Part shown: in pieces, positions 1 to 14,179 of the stretch
How positions within the stretch are numbered: the stretch's first letter is position 1
Layout: every line of letters begins with the position of its first letter
Assembly (NCBI RefSeq): GCF_036321535.1
Contig: NC_087436.1
Coordinates: forward strand, 97,652,001 to 97,716,000
Origin: Camelus dromedarius
Lineage: Eukaryota
DNA: 64,000 bases
Direction of reading: 5' to 3'
Notes under the pieces: model-generated
What the model saw: the letters and a program-made list of their open reading frames with translations, nothing else
Told to the model about the DNA's origin: nothing
Databases searched by the model: none
Translations under genes and position numbers: made by a program

Positions 1-1274
1 TTTTTTTTTCCTACTTAACATCTTTCACATTTATCTCTCTACTATTTGGTTTTAAGTTTACTAATTGACTTGGTTGTAATGTTGGAATCAAGGACATTCA
101 ATTTAGAAAAAGAGGAATAAACTTGAAATAGTATTTTAGAATCCAATGAAGCCAAACTTTATTTAAAATTATACTTAATATTTAATTTTAGTGTAAGTTT
201 CCCAGAAGGCTTCAATTTAGTTCTTTTTTATTTACGTCTATTTTCTTAGTACTTGTTTTAGATGTTTCAGATGTATATGCGGAATTTGGGGTCTCATGGG
301 AATTTGTGCTCTCTTGTAAATCGCTCTTTGTTTTATTTTATGTTCACTTTACAGATGAGGTAGCAAAGTGCTACTAAAAGTGGAGAAATTCACATCAGAG
401 TAAAAAGTTATTAAAATGCCAGATTTACTGAGATCCTATTTGCCATATATTTCAGAAGTAAAAATAACAGTTTTTCTTCCTTTTTTTTAAAAGCCAATTA
501 TTGTTGATGTCTTCAGTACTACTTAACTAAATAATAATCATCTTTTTAAACTTAATATAAATTTATCAAAGCCAAATTCAAAATAAGTATACCAGTGTCA
601 AAGTAAGTCTAATTTATTTTAACACTTTTAACACTTCAAGAAGTCTTACTGACTTTGCTGACTATTGGAGGATTGGTTTGTAGGCCAGGGTCTAGCATCA
701 TGACCTTAAGTAATTCAGGAGCAGGATCGCTTCCTTATTTTTAGCATTAAAATGAGGAGATTGGAGTATGTGGGCTATATGTTCTTCTGAACATCTGAGC
801 CTCCTCTCTCTGTGTCTTCAAAGTTGGTTCTGCCTCTGCTTCTGGTTTTTCAAAATATGTAATAAAAGACTGCAGCTGGAGTGCAATAATTCTTTTTTTT
901 TTTCCTTTTAAGCATGTTTATTTTTTAAATTATTTAATTCAATTTCTTCTGAATAAGATATATTTTAAAAATATATAGTACTTTAAAATCTAAAAAACAT
1001 TCACATTTTTTCAATAGTGACAAAATGTATTTTTTTTTATATCTCCTGTTCAGTTTTTGTGACTCAAAATTAAGTTAGTAACAGGGTAATATGACCTGAT
1101 ACACAAATTACACCTTCAACCTACTGAATGCAAACCCACAGTCAACACATTTAGCAGGAGAGGAACAGTGAAGGCCATTTGTTAGGTTTGTATCTGTACA
1201 GAGTAAATTGCAAAATATTAGATCTATGGGACAGAACAAGATAAATGTGAAAATTAAAATGTCTTGTCATAGTG

Positions 1275-1671
1275 TGTCCTAGTCCATTTCGGCTGCTATA
1301 ACAAAATTGCCGTAGACTTGGCAGCTTATAAACAAAATTAATTTATTTCTTACACTTCTGGAGACTGGAAAGCCCAAGATCAGGGTGCCAGGAGATATGT
1401 CTGGTGAGAGCCCACATCCTGGTTCATACACAGTCTTTTCCTTGTGTCCTCACACGGTAAAAAGGGTGAGGGATCTCTCTGGAATCTCTTATAAGAGTCT
1501 CTTTGGAGTCTTTTTTGACCTCATTCAATGTGACTGTATTTGACCTCATTCAATGTGACAGGGCCTCGTGACCTAATCACCTCTTAAAGGCCCCATCTCC
1601 TAACACCATCACACTGGGCATTAAGCTTCAGCATATGAACTTCGAGGAGCACAAACATTCAGCCTCTAGCA
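1275..1671 (-). mobile_element. MaLR solo LTR, MLT1A/MLT1A0-like
   Basis: TG...CA termini and exact 5-bp TSD TAGTG (1270-1274, 1672-1676). Minus strand starts tgctagaggctgaatgtttgtgctcc...ttcatatgctgaagc, like the MLT1A consensus. Confidence 0.9.
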
Positions 1672-3660
1672 TAGTGACTAAAGAATAACAGATGATATCT
1701 CTTTCACACAATTCCACAGAAAGGGTGTACTGCAGAGGAAAGGAAATACTGGAAAGTCTGGAGGTCTGGGCTCTAGTCTTTGGCCTACACATATTGCTTT
1801 TGTTTTGTTGTGGCCAAGCTGTGTACTCTCTACTAACCACCAAGTCCTCATGTAGGAAATATACTTGTTTGCCTTTGGGATAATCCTTAAATTCTCTACA
1901 AGCCCTAAGATTTTTTGTTGAATTGACAATAGATCAAAGTAACTTGAAACGTGAATAGTCAAAATAACATGAAAAGTTATAATGTGTATGAAGATCACCG
2001 GATTGTTCCCACCATGAAAAATCTGTAATTTTTACATTTTAACTATCCTTATTAGACTCCCATCTAAAAATGTGTGTATTGCTATTTATTTATGTTGTAG
2101 TGTTGGGAGAAATCAACAAAGCTTGAGGGTTACACATAGTGATAAATTTACAATATATTCAAAATTATGTTCTGATGTGGCAATCATTTTTTGTATATAA
2201 TGAACCCATAGTACTTTTCTTTCAAATTTTACTTCTGAGATACAACTGTCTACAAATACATGTGTATACATGCCTAATCTTTGGGTTTCCAAGAGTGATT
2301 GTAAAGAATTAAAAAAAAATAAATCCCTTTACAGTCTCTCACGCAGTGAATATGTGCTAGAGCAACTTATTATGGCAAGAGAAAGGAAATATCACATTGA
2401 GGTTTCATTAATTCCATACTGTGCTCAAGCACTGATACAAAAGGAGGACATGAATTAACAAATAGCACATTTTACTATTGAAGGCCAAGTGGTATTGAAA
2501 TGTGTTAGATAACACAAGGAGATATAATAACCTAATTTCCAACTTAGAAACATTTTAATGAAAACTATGGATAGTTGCTTAGATAAGCCAGAGGAGGAAT
2601 GAAGAGCCCAATTGTTCACCATTAATCCATTTCATTAAATTCAAGAATTTGAGCATTGTAAGATAAATCAGCATAAAGATAAACGCTGAAAGCCATATGC
2701 CTTTCAATCAAAAACAGGATTAGGAGCTGACATTGAACTGAGAGAGAGTCTAATTTCAGCGTGCTAGCCTCCAAACTTTTGGAGCCCCCTGAGAATGGAG
2801 TTTTATTAATATGGAGCCCTTGGCTCTGCATAATAGCCATGTTCCATCGGTACATACGCCTGAAGAGTATAGCTTAGTCAATCATCACTTCTTTCCATTA
2901 TCTTCTTATAGATAACTAAATGTCTAGGGGCTGCTAATGATATCAGTACTAATTCTTTGAGATAAGCCACTGTGTCTTCTGAATAGTGGCAACATCCGTA
3001 AAGCACTTGGGTGGATTTTTGTATCACTGGAAACTCATCAGTCAAGAGATGGTAGTCCTGCTAAGCAGGTGACTGACATTAAAGGTTTATTACTTCTGAA
3101 AATGCCAACTCCTGGTAACAGCTTACTGAATAGAAAGGTCAGTGTGTAAGATGTGACTAATACTGTTCACAGAAAGCTCATCTATTTCAATGCCATTTTT
3201 ATTGCACTTTTTGTTTGGCGCATGTTGGGTGAAAGTTGTATTATTTTTCACCCACTTGAAAAAGTAGATAATAGAATTCATTTACAATCACAGTGCCTCA
3301 TTAAATGCATTCTGCATTAAATGAATCAAACTTATTGGCTTTATTTCTGTAACTTTCTTTTGAAGTGCTTAAGGTTACACTATGAGTGATCAAAAAAATA
3401 CCTCTTGGATAAGATGTTATGCTGACGCACTTTTGGCAGACCTAAGAATGACTTCTCTGATGAGCCTGCATCTAGATAAGTGTTAATGCTTCAACTATGA
3501 AGGTTCCAATACCCTGTTTGGATTAGAAGGGGAAAATGGTATTTTTCCTATAGCCAGCATTTCTTAAAGGTCCTTTCATAAGTAATTATATAAATGCAAG
3601 GACACAGCTCTATATAAATGTCTGTGGTATTAGCACAACTCCTGGAATATTATGGTTTTT

Positions 3661-3845
3661 TATATATATATATATACACACATACATATATATATATATA
3701 CATATATACATACATACATATATATATATACACATACATATATACACACACACACACATATATAAATATATAATATATATCTGCATATACATGTATATAT
3801 GTGTACATATATATAGACATATATACATATCTGTGTAGACATGTA
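3661..3845. repeat. Compound (TA)n/(CA)n/(TACA)n microsatellite
   Basis: Directly visible; explains ORFs 3610..3828 and 3660..3842. Confidence 0.95.
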
Positions 3846-3921
3846 TTGTTTGTTTAAAAGTATTTATTTAAAACAGGAACAAAAAAGGGCTTACACTTCA
3901 TCACTTTCCAGTTAATCCATT

Positions 3922-3988
3922 TTATATGTGTGTGTGTATATATATTATATATATGTATGTATTTTATATATATATATATATATATATA
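3922..3988. repeat. (TG)n(TA)n microsatellite
   Basis: Directly visible. Confidence 0.9.
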
Positions 3989-5849
3989 AAATAAGCAAAT
4001 AATGGACAAAATAGCACCAAATAAAAGCTATGGGCTCTATTCTTCCCTAAATTCTGAGCAATATATTCTCAAATATACTTAATCAATATAGCCTATTCAA
4101 TTTCCTCAGCTTCAAAGTCTCCAATTCACATTAATCAGTCAGAGTGGTCAATGATGCTATATGATTCTGAAATCCCTTTAAGTGCCTGGAAGGGTTTCCC
4201 TGGTAGGGAATAGAAAATGATCTTTGTTCTCTGAAGTTGATTTATATATTTGAATCATATTTAAGTATGTTTATTTTTGAAAGAAAGTATAACATTCTCT
4301 GAAAGAAAAATTGCTCTAATGTTTAGTACCTGAATTGTCTTTCCTGTACTCTACAGTGGCCTTGCTTTCTATCTGAATATAACTTTAAAACTTTGTAAGA
4401 TATGAATGTTCATTCTACCTTAAAGTGCAGTATACTGGCTTCCTCTGAATAAATTGTTCCTATCCACTTTAAGAAGGTTATTTGACCCTGAAATCTGACA
4501 GATTAAAGCATGCCAGAATATGGCAATTTTTTAAGAAGAAGCAAATTATATATCTGCTACATTATCGTGGCTGACCTCTGGTCATAGTCTGTCCTTAGAT
4601 AGTGACTACTGTATCATTTATATCAAGCAAAAAAACATTTCAAAGGAGGTAAGGAAGGTTAGTAGGATTTGTCCCATGGTTGTGCAGAGACATTTCAGGT
4701 AATTTCTTCAGCCTCTGGTGTACTGTGTTATCAGTCTTAACTTTCTCCTGCCATTTCTGCATCAACTAAAGAAAAGGAAAATTATTTTCTTAAGAACTAC
4801 AAGGGAATGTAAAAATCAGATCAGATTATATTTAGCAAACAAAGTTTAAAAAAATGAAAAATGGGGTGACTTTAATGTTAGAAGATAGTCCTGGCATATT
4901 ATAATTCCTCTTTAACAGATTTCTTTTATTAAATGTTTCCTTACCATATTACACGTTCTGTTAATTTTTAAAGAATTCTAAGATAGAGTTTTCACATTAC
5001 TTGAATTAAAATAAACCACTTTATGTGAATTAACATGTACATAACATGAAGCATTCAGTAATATTTTACTTAGGTCACTGTATACTTGCTACTAAGAAGC
5101 AGTGTTATTTAATTCTGAAAGGATGATATGGTAAGCAGTGTATTTATTATTAGCTCTTTCTAACCCAGACAATATGAAAAAAGAACTGGGATTCAAAGCA
5201 TGAGACTTTAGTTCTAGACCAATCTGCCACTATCTAGTTATAAAACACCGGTAAGTGAACAAGTGTCTCTGGACATTGGTAAATCTTTTACCTGAATACA
5301 TGCAATGAACAATATGTGAAATTCTATTATCAGCAATGTCCTTAATTTTAATCATTTCAGAACAAGATGAAAGTATAGGCTAAAGTCACAGTTGGAAATG
5401 ATTTTTCATTTTATATATATATATATCCTATTTGTAACCCCATGTCCTAACTAATATAAACATACTATATAAACATATGTACTTGGGAATAAATTCAGAA
5501 AGGCATATGTGCACAGATTTTATTGGTTAATGAGGTATCTGAACCTGCCAAAATAAGCATTTTGTTAAAGTATTTGGTTCAAATCAATTAAACACAGATT
5601 CCTTCATTCAGCTTAATTGACAGTATCATCATACTTTTTGGTATTGAGATGATGCCAGCATGCCTCCAGATTACTTCCAATGAGGAACATAAATGGAAGA
5701 ATAAAGGACTGATCTAGATTCCTTTTCTGGTAAACTCTTAAGATAATAAGTTCAATTTTTTAAGGAAAGTTGTTTAGTGATAAAATATCGGGCCAGATAT
5801 CAATTTTTAGTCTCTCAGCTTCAAACTTGACCTTTTTTTCCCCCAGTTT

Positions 5850-6615
5850 TGTGGACCCTGTACAGATTTCTGTTTCTCTAGCTGGTACATTGTTAGACTA
5901 TTATTTGAGTAACAAGTGCTAGAGTGACCTTGTGAGGTTGACAGTGGCAAGAGACACTTCCCTCCAGTTGGGTGCTGCTTCCATATTTTATTCAGTGCCG
6001 GCGTTGAGGTCTGGTGGCTCTCAATTCATGAGCCTTCAAAGACAGGTTCTAGCCTCACTGTCTTTCACAGAAGCTCTGCCCTGACTTTTAACCCATGCTC
6101 TTCCTACCTGGCTGGCTACTTTTACAGATGAACTTCATCCATCATCAGGCAACTGACTATCCCTAATGAGGCTGCTTCCAGAGAAGGTCCAGGTGTGACC
6201 TCAGGCAACAAGTAATTTATTTCTCAAGTCCAGCTCACATCTGCCCACCTCCTTTGGCAATGGCAAAACATTTCTGTGGATCACAATGGTCAGCATCCTC
6301 TGGAAAGCTTTTTTGCCACTGGCGGACTGCTTGTCTCTCTCTAGCCATGCCTTCTTCAAAGAATTTGAAATCTCAGTCTTGGGTGGAGGAACCTCTCATA
6401 ACTTCTTATTTTCTTTCTTTGTCCAGTATCCTTCAATCTAGTAATACTACAGTGCATTCACTTGCACTTGTTAATTCTGGATTCTGTAGACTCCCTTTTA
6501 CCTCTTTTAGAGGTAGTTAGTTGCTTTTAATAAGTTAATGATTCTTTATAATAAAGACTCCTTGTTTAAATTACTGGTGTATTTTCTGTCTCCTGACTGG
6601 ACCCTCACTGATATA
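5850..6615 (+). mobile_element. Old ERVL-class LTR (LTR41/LTR40-like)
   Basis: 3' end ...ttaaattactggtgtattttctgtctcctgactggaccctcactgatata resembles the ERVL LTR terminus ...gtttctgtctcctgactggaccctgactgataca. 5' boundary approximate. Confidence 0.65.
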
Positions 6616-7347
6616 AAGACATAATGGAACACATTGCTTTTGCTCAGTCATTCAATTTTCATATTTTTGGAAGTATGTTTGTATAAAAACAAAAAATGCA
6701 GTGAGGATATGAATGTTAGGAAAATAGCTTTGAACTAAAGTGCAAACATTATTGAAAAAATATTTGTCAGAGGAAGAAACTTAATATTCTTAAATTCGCT
6801 CATGGCTTCTACAGGTATAAACATCTCTTTCACGTGCCAAGAACCAGGAAGCCTATATAGGCCTTAAGCATTGGACAAATGAATTAATCATTTTGTCTTT
6901 ATCAACAAATAATTTTGTCTTTCTTAAAGTGTCCAGGTAATTGTGAGGTTTTTGACAATTACTCTTAATAACATTTTAATTTTTTCTTCTGTCAATATAT
7001 TTTTGCCTCCTTTTAGAGAAGATAAGAAAAGGGAGTAGAATGTTACATTGAGCTGTTATGGTAGATGCAAGAGAGACAGAGGCTCCAGAGAAGAAAAGGA
7101 AAAACTATTAAAATAAAACTTAAGTCTTTGTGATTCACTAACCATAATACTTTCCAGCGAAATGCCACAGAAAAGAAATGAACCACCATACGATTATTCT
7201 CAACATGCTTTCCATGAACATCCAAGCCCACTTTTCCTTTATACAGAACCTCTGCTCAGAGTCCAAAGCTAGAATGTCCCTAGGAGATGTTTAAGCTGAA
7301 CCTCTGTGTCTATTGAGGCAACAAGTTGTGGTTAATAAATTATAACA

Positions 7348-7500
7348 GTTTAGAACTAGAAGAGGTCTTAAAGATTGTCTACTTAATTTCACAGAAAAGG
7401 GAAATAAAGCTCAGGGAGGCAAGAACTCAAAAATTTAAAAAAAGATGGCTTGACACAGGAATGGGTGGTTTGAATTCCTAGGGTGGTGTTCATTCCATGA
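7348..7500 (-). mobile_element. MIR3/MIRc SINE fragment
   Basis: ttagaactagaagaggtcttaaagattgtcta...ttcacagaaaagggaaataaagctcagggagg resembles the reverse MIR core. Confidence 0.6.
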
Positions 7501-8349
7501 ACTTGGTTCTCTACCCATCATATACTCTTAATGATCCCAACAGGCCTAACTACCAAAGTACATTAGGATTTTGCTCAGAAAACAGAACGTTACCCAGATA
7601 AAGGACACTTTCATTGATATTAGTACTTATATGCTTAATTCTGACATTCCTGGAAGGTACTAGTATAATGTTTTTAGGTCAAAAGGACCCTCTTACATTT
7701 TTCTAGGCCATTTTCAAATATTTGTTCTTTCTTTTATTTAACAAGCAATTATTGAATGACCTTAATGCACTTCTGGTTTCTGGGCACTGTGGGAGAAGAA
7801 AGAAAATGAATAGAATAAAAAGCAGAAATGTTGATCCTTGATTTCAAAAATCCTAAAACCCGTATTTAAAACAACATAAACACATTCGATCAGCATTAGT
7901 ACATTTAAAATACTATAATTCTAAGTAATAAATTATATGGGCCATATATTCTAAACAGAAAGAAAATAAAGGCATAATCATAGTAAGGTACATTTAGTCT
8001 AGAAGGTTTTTGAAAAGGCTCAATAATATATAGACTACAAAGGGGAAGAGGAGAAAAATTAGGGAAAGGCTTTTCAAATGATAAAACTTAGACAAATTCA
8101 GGAAGAGTGAATTATAAGGGAAAGTGGCAGATAAACTAATGTGGATGAAGCAGTAATCAATAGTTTGAGAAAATAGTTTAAAATGGTATTATCTATAGAC
8201 AGTGTAAGAAAAGAAACTCGGTTAAAAGTAGATATTCATAACATGTAATTCTATTAGATAGATGATAGATGGATAGATATATAGACAGGAGAAACAGAGC
8301 ACCATCTGCATCTGTACACGTGGGTACCTCTAGCTTCCATGTGCACTAT

Positions 8350-8578
8350 TTGAAGCATCGAAGTTAGGGGCACTGTTTCTGAAGACTGACTTCTTGGTAC
8401 AGTAAACTCCCCATATATCTCATATATGTCTCATATATCAAAAAAAAAAAAAAAGGTGGGGAGGATATGGCATTTACCTATAGTGTTATTGTGTGGATGA
8501 AATGAAGTAACTTGTGTAAAGTTTACTATGGCAAAGTTATCTCATTCTGGAAAAATTCAATTAATGTTAACTATTTTT
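8350..8578 (+). mobile_element. MIR SINE fragment
   Basis: tacctatagtgttattgtgtggatgaaatgaagtaacttgtgtaaag...caattaatgttaactat resembles the MIR 3' half. Confidence 0.6.
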
Positions 8579-8739
8579 AGAACATACAGAAAAAACATTA
8601 AAACATGAATTTGAAAGGATGGTTAAATTTATTTCACTTGATAATAACCCAAGGGTTATGAATAAAAATGCACAGCTAATCTGTTTGCACTGGAAAGGCT
8701 TTAAAAGCATTTTGTTTCAGCACTTACGAGGCTGAAAAA

Positions 8740-8945
8740 CATCTAAAAAATTCAAATTCCTTGGCGACATCGGGTGGCTGGGGCTGACAACCAGCTGCTC
8801 ACTGTATCTAGGACATGTTTCTGTTGTTGTTGTCACTTTCACATGTCCCAAACCACTGATTGTTGTTTTTCTACCACTGAGCTTCTTCATTTATTTTTCA
8901 TTATCTGCCTGATCCCAGTAGGTTTTTAAATTTGCCACTTTCCGT
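8740..8945. mobile_element. Possible hAT-Charlie MITE (MER102-like)
   Basis: cttcttcatttatttttcattatctgcctgatcccagtaggtttttaaatttgccac resembles the MER102 terminus. Confidence 0.4.
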
Positions 8946-10359
8946 TAATTGAATTCTGAAGACCCTTCCAAGTAAAGATCTGCATATAACTGGCAAGGAA
9001 AAGTACATTCAAAAATATACCTATATTCACTATAGAAAACTTGAAGCTACCTGCATATTTTGAATACACCATCCCAGAAGTAACCTTTAGTTTTTCCTTT
9101 AATACGTTGCTTATAAAGTATGCATTTCAATCAGGATATAAGATGATGTTACCATAAATAATTCAAGTCAGTAATCCACTGTACAGCATTTACTATAAAA
9201 AGCCGACTGATAAAATATGTAAAATTATCATTTACATTTTGGACAGCATAAGGTCATTGAGCCAATCATGCAACGATGCTTATTTTCAACAGAATGACAC
9301 TGTACAACTCTGCCTACATTGATTAGCACAGAGAAAGCCATTGCTCAAGCTTATAATCTTTTGGATGGATTTAATTTCCTGGTTAGGAAAATAAAGACAA
9401 AGAATTGTTGAGAATATATGTTTTCTCATAGTTGTGACTCTTTTAATTGGTCAGTTACATAATGGCATTCTATGTATCCAAATCCAGATGTTACAAATTG
9501 GGCAGTCTAATGTTTTACTTATGGAAAAGTGCAAAGTTAGAAAGTTGTTCAAAAGTCAGCCACTGATTTCCTCTCTAGCTTATTTCCTTAAAAAAAAGAA
9601 AAAGTATCTAGATTGTTGAGGGCCAAGTGCAATGAGCATTTCCCAGGATAAGTGGTTGCTCAAATAAATGTATCAAAGCAGTTACTGAATACTTTTCCTA
9701 GAATACCAAGTATATTCTCATGGCCATGATATCAATGCTAAAAAAGAAAATTAAACAATCATTTAGATATTATTCTGGAGGGTAATACATGCAAACAATA
9801 AACAAATGAACAAATATGCTAGTGAAACAGCATCTACAGAAATATATATTTTTATAGGTGGTAGTACTAATAGTTTTTACCTATCCTACAGACTATGGTT
9901 ATGATGAGTATCTTTTAAACCTTAAAAATGTGTATTGTACAGATCAAAAAGAATCTATAAAATGAGTTACACAGCACACGTAAACACAAAATAACCCAAT
10001 GCCCTTTCAGTTGTAAACTTACAAAGAAAATATACTTAAAGTGTTAGTAGTGTTAAAGATCATTTGTGACTAATCTCATGTATTTTTGGATAGAAAAGAT
10101 TTTCTGTTGTGAGAAGGGGTCAGAGAAATATGTTCTTGGCAAGTAAGACAGTATTGAAAAATTTATAAGGAGAGATCAAAGAAAATTCTAAGGAATTCTA
10201 AAAGAAAACTATGTTTTTCTCCTGAAAATCTACTCCCATTCATTACTTGATTTATCTCATTGAATGATATATTCCAAAATATCCAACAGAATAGATTAGT
10301 AGTCAGAGAAAGTTAGTTCAAGCATTATCATTTTTGGGGTCTGTAATCTATATAACCCT

Positions 10360-10480
10360 GCTATTCAGTGTGGGGTTGGCCCACAGACCAGGGGGGTGGG
10401 CATCATCAGAATGACTGAATCTAAATCTACGTTTTAACATGTCACGTGTTTGGACTGCACACTCAAGTAACAGAAACTCT
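10360..10480. mobile_element. MER5-like hAT-Charlie MITE
   Basis: tggcccacagaccag...gcatcatc...actgaatctaaatctacgttttaaca...gcacactcaagt resembles MER5B. Confidence 0.55.
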
Positions 10481-10496
10481 CCATATCATTTAATCT

Positions 10497-10951
10497 TCTC
10501 AGCCATAAAAAAGAATAAAATAATGCCATTTGCAGCAACATGGATGGACGAGGAGATTGTCGTTCTAAGTGAAGTAAGCCAGAAAGAGAAAGAAAACTAC
10601 CAAATGATTATCACTCATACGTGGAATCTAAAAACAAAAAAACAAATGAACTTATTTACAAAACAGAAACAGACTCAAAGACATAGAAAATAATCTTATG
10701 GTTACCTGTGGGGGAAGAGGGTGGGAAGGGATAAATTGGGAGTTCAAGATTTGCAGATACTAATATACATATATAAAATGGATAAACAACAAGTTCATAC
10801 TGTATAGCACAGGGAACTATATTCAATATCTTATAACTTATGGTGAAAGAGAATATGAAAACAAATATATGTCTGTTCTTATATGACTGAAGAATTGTGC
10901 TGTACACCAGAAATTGACACATTATAAACTGACTATACTTCAATAAAAAAT
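10497..10951 (+). mobile_element. 5'-truncated camelid-type L1 (ORF2 C-terminus plus 3' UTR)
   Basis: Encodes SAIKKNKIMPFAATWMD...LSEVSQKEK (L1 ORF2 tail). 3' UTR ends tgtacaccagaaattgacaca...tacttcaataaaaaa. TSD atatcatttaatct (10483-10496) / ataccatttaatct (10952-10965). Confidence 0.92.
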
Positions 10952-10989
10952 ATACCATTTAATCTGAGAATCTGTGTACATATTCCGTT

Positions 10990-11400
10990 ACTTTGCCAAT
11001 TTGTAGTCTCTTTTCTTCCCATCTTCTCCCTCGCTCCCTCTACTCAAATCTTAAACTATTAAGTAAATCACTTCCTGACTTCCCCATAGGACATCATGAC
11101 ATTGTTCCTCTTCTATTTCCTTCTACATCCTTCTTTGGTTCAGTATCGCTCCTCTTCTGCCCTTCAGACATACTGTCCTCTCAGTTTTTCTTTTGGCCAT
11201 GATTCTTCTATCTTCAGAACTACCATCTGTGCTGTGTTTTATGCTTGGACACCCCTCCTTCTATTTTATCCCATATTTATCCTTCAGATCTCAACTCAAA
11301 CGTCAGTTCCTTGGGCAAAGCTTTTCAAACCTGTGGGATAGTTTAGGTCTCCTGGTAAATGCCACAACAGCCTATTGTAAATTTTATTCCTATTTTAAGT
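10990..11400 (+). mobile_element. L2 LINE fragment
   Basis: Pyrimidine-rich, with atccttcagatctcaactcaaacgtcagttccttgggcaaagctttt typical of L2. Confidence 0.55.
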
Positions 11401-11479
11401 GCATTCAATTATATATATGTTTTTGTGCTTTTTAAAATTTTAATTTGATCTTAACTGATTAATAAATGTTAACCAAGAC

Positions 11480-12480
11480 TTTCTCTATTATTAAGTATAT
11501 TTATAGAGAATTGTTTTGATTTTTGCCAGCTGCCTTTTCAGCATTTATAGAGATGAACAAATGGTTTTTCTCTTTAAGGTTTATAAATTTGACACTTTAT
11601 ATAAACAGAATTTCTAACATTGAAACGTCTTTCAAATCTTGAAATAATCTCTGGTGAGAGTCAATTAAGTTTTGTGAATCATTTTTTATGATATTTTCAT
11701 TAAGATCTAGGAATTTATTTAAAATGTTTATCTTTATGTCATGGTATAATTTAACTAGCATAAGATTATTAATTGGTTAGAGATTTGTTAGAATTTGCCT
11801 ATGAAATAATTTATCCCTTGTGTTTCTTGTTTATCTATCTATCTATTATCTATCTATCTATTTATCTATCTTTTTATTTATCTATCATGAATCTATCCTT
11901 TGTACAATATGGGGAGTAACATTTTACGCATTTTTCTCTTTCTCCTGTGGAAACTAGTCACTTTAAATTTATATTTTCTATAAGATCAGTTTAAGTGAAC
12001 TTAATTATCCTATTATATTACCCATTTAATCTACTTTAAAACATTTTTATTTGAATAGTATCAGAAATAAATATTCTCATGTTTTGTGAAACTTATTTTT
12101 ATCTGTGAATTTTGTTCCCCTCTAATCATTCTTTATGCTATACATTTGATTTCCTTACTTTTATTCCTTGATTTAAATAGTGGTTTGTCTTTTTTATGCT
12201 CTTTTATCAAAGAATTAGCTTTATAAATTTAATCCTGCTATATTTTTTGCTCTCTATTGAATATTGATTTCATAATTGAGTCTTCTGTTTTATCTTTGTT
12301 TAATTCATTGTTATTACTGAATTTTTAAAAAATTGAATGGTTAATAATTTAATTTAAAAATCTATATAAGTCCTTAAAGCTTTGTATTTTTTCTCTGAAC
12401 ATTTGGATGTATTATAAATAATCCTCTATATAGTGTTTTTATTTTCTTTGTTTTCTAGAAATTCTTCAACTATGTTTTGT
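11480..12480 (-). mobile_element. Ancient L1 (L1M/L1ME) ORF2 remnant
   Basis: T-rich decayed antisense ORF2, e.g. ttttgccagctgccttttcagcatttatagagatg. Contains (TCTA)n at ~11832-11886. Confidence 0.6.
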
Positions 12481-12499
12481 ACTTTCTTTAAAATTTGTT

Positions 12500-13615
12500 T
12501 TTAATTAACAGATTTTATTTTTAAAGTAGTTGTTAGATCTGCAGAAAAACTGAGCAGGAAGTACAGTGTTCCCATGTACCTCCCTTCCATTTCCATTATT
12601 ATTGACATTTTACATGAGTGTGATATATATGTTACAATTGATGGACTAATATGGGTATTATTAACTACACTCTACAGTTTACACCAGAGTTCCCTCCTTG
12701 TGATGTACAGTTTGTTTTTGACAAATGCTTAAAGTCATAAATTCACCATTACAATATCATACAGTATAGTTATACTGCCTTAAAAATCTCTTGTACTTCA
12801 CCTGTTAACCCTCCTCTCTCTCTATAAACTTCCAGATCTTTTTAATGTCTCTATAGTTTTTTCTTTTCCAGAATGTTTTATAGTTTGAATCTTACAGTGT
12901 GTAGCTTGTTCTGACTGTATTCTCTCACTTAGCAGTTTGCATTTAAGATTACTCCATGTCTTTGTGGATTTAATAGATCATTTCTTTGTATTGTTGAATA
13001 ATGTTCCATCTTATTGATGTACCACAGTTTGTTTATCCATTCATATGCTGGACATATGAAGGATATCTTGGTTGCTTCCAAATTTTGGCAATTTTCATAA
13101 AATTGCTACAAATATTTGCATCCACGTTTATGTATGTACATAAGTTTTCAACTCCTCTATGTAAATACCTATAAATCAGATTGCTAGATCTTATGCAGAG
13201 ACTGTGTTTTGTTTTGTAAGAATCATCAAACTGTCTTTCAGTGTGACTGTACCTTTTTGCATTCTCACCAACACTGAATGAGAGTTCCTATTGCTCCACA
13301 TTCTTACTAGCATTTGGTAATGTCAGTGTTTGGGTCATTCTCATGTATATAGCTATATGTCACTATTCTTTTAATTTGCATTTTCTTCATGACATATAAT
13401 GTTGAGCATCTTTTTATGCACTAATTTGTCACCTCTGTATCGTCCTTGTAAGGTATCTGTTTAGATCTTTTGCCCATTTTAAATTGGGTTGTTTGTTTAT
13501 TTCTTATTGTTGAGTTTTAAGAGTTCTCTGTATATTTTAGATACAGGTGCTCTAGATATATGTTATTTGCAAATATTTTCTCCCAATTTGTGGATTTCTT
13601 TTTGATTATCTTAAT
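12500..13615 (-). mobile_element. L1MC-type 3' end
   Basis: gcagaaaaactgagcaggaagtacagtgttcccat...gttacaattgatggactaatat...gttccatcttattgatgtaccacagtttgtttatccattca resembles the antisense L1MC1/2 3' UTR and ORF2 tail. Confidence 0.85.
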
Positions 13616-14179
13616 TGGTTCCTTTCGACTCAAAATTTATGATCTAGCACGATGCCTGATCCACAGAATGTCTTTAGTGGATATATCTGGAATTAATAAG
13701 TAATGATTAATGTAAACAGAAAATAAGTACAGAAATATATGGTCTTAATTACCAGATTATTTCTCTCTAGTGCAGAAGTAGGAAAATGAAAAAAAAAAAA
13801 AAAAGAAAGTAGTAACTCAGAAGAATACTAGTAATATATGAAAAACGGTAACTTTTTAAATAAGGTAACAGAAAGAACATTATTAAATTCCTTTCCAAAG
13901 TTAAAATTACAATGAAAACAATGTTGATACTTGACATTTTTTAAATGAGCTCTGAATAAAGTTGAAATTGTTTACTTCAAACAAAAATGTGTGTAGTATT
14001 TTCTCTCTGCATATGCTTTCTGCATTCTATGCTTGGCACACCAAGTGTAACATCTATCCATCCACATTTTATACGGTGTTCGCTTTATTCTCTTTTGCTT
14101 GTAATTTCCTTGATTATTCCATTTTCAAACATCAGAGACCTTTCTAATATTTTTCTTGAAGAGTCTAGTTAATGCTCAT

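Noticed and set aside
3610..3842. ORFs rich in Y/I/C/M
   Set aside because: Translations of TA/CA microsatellites; the same applies to 19982..20332, 34175..34537 and 54379..54594.
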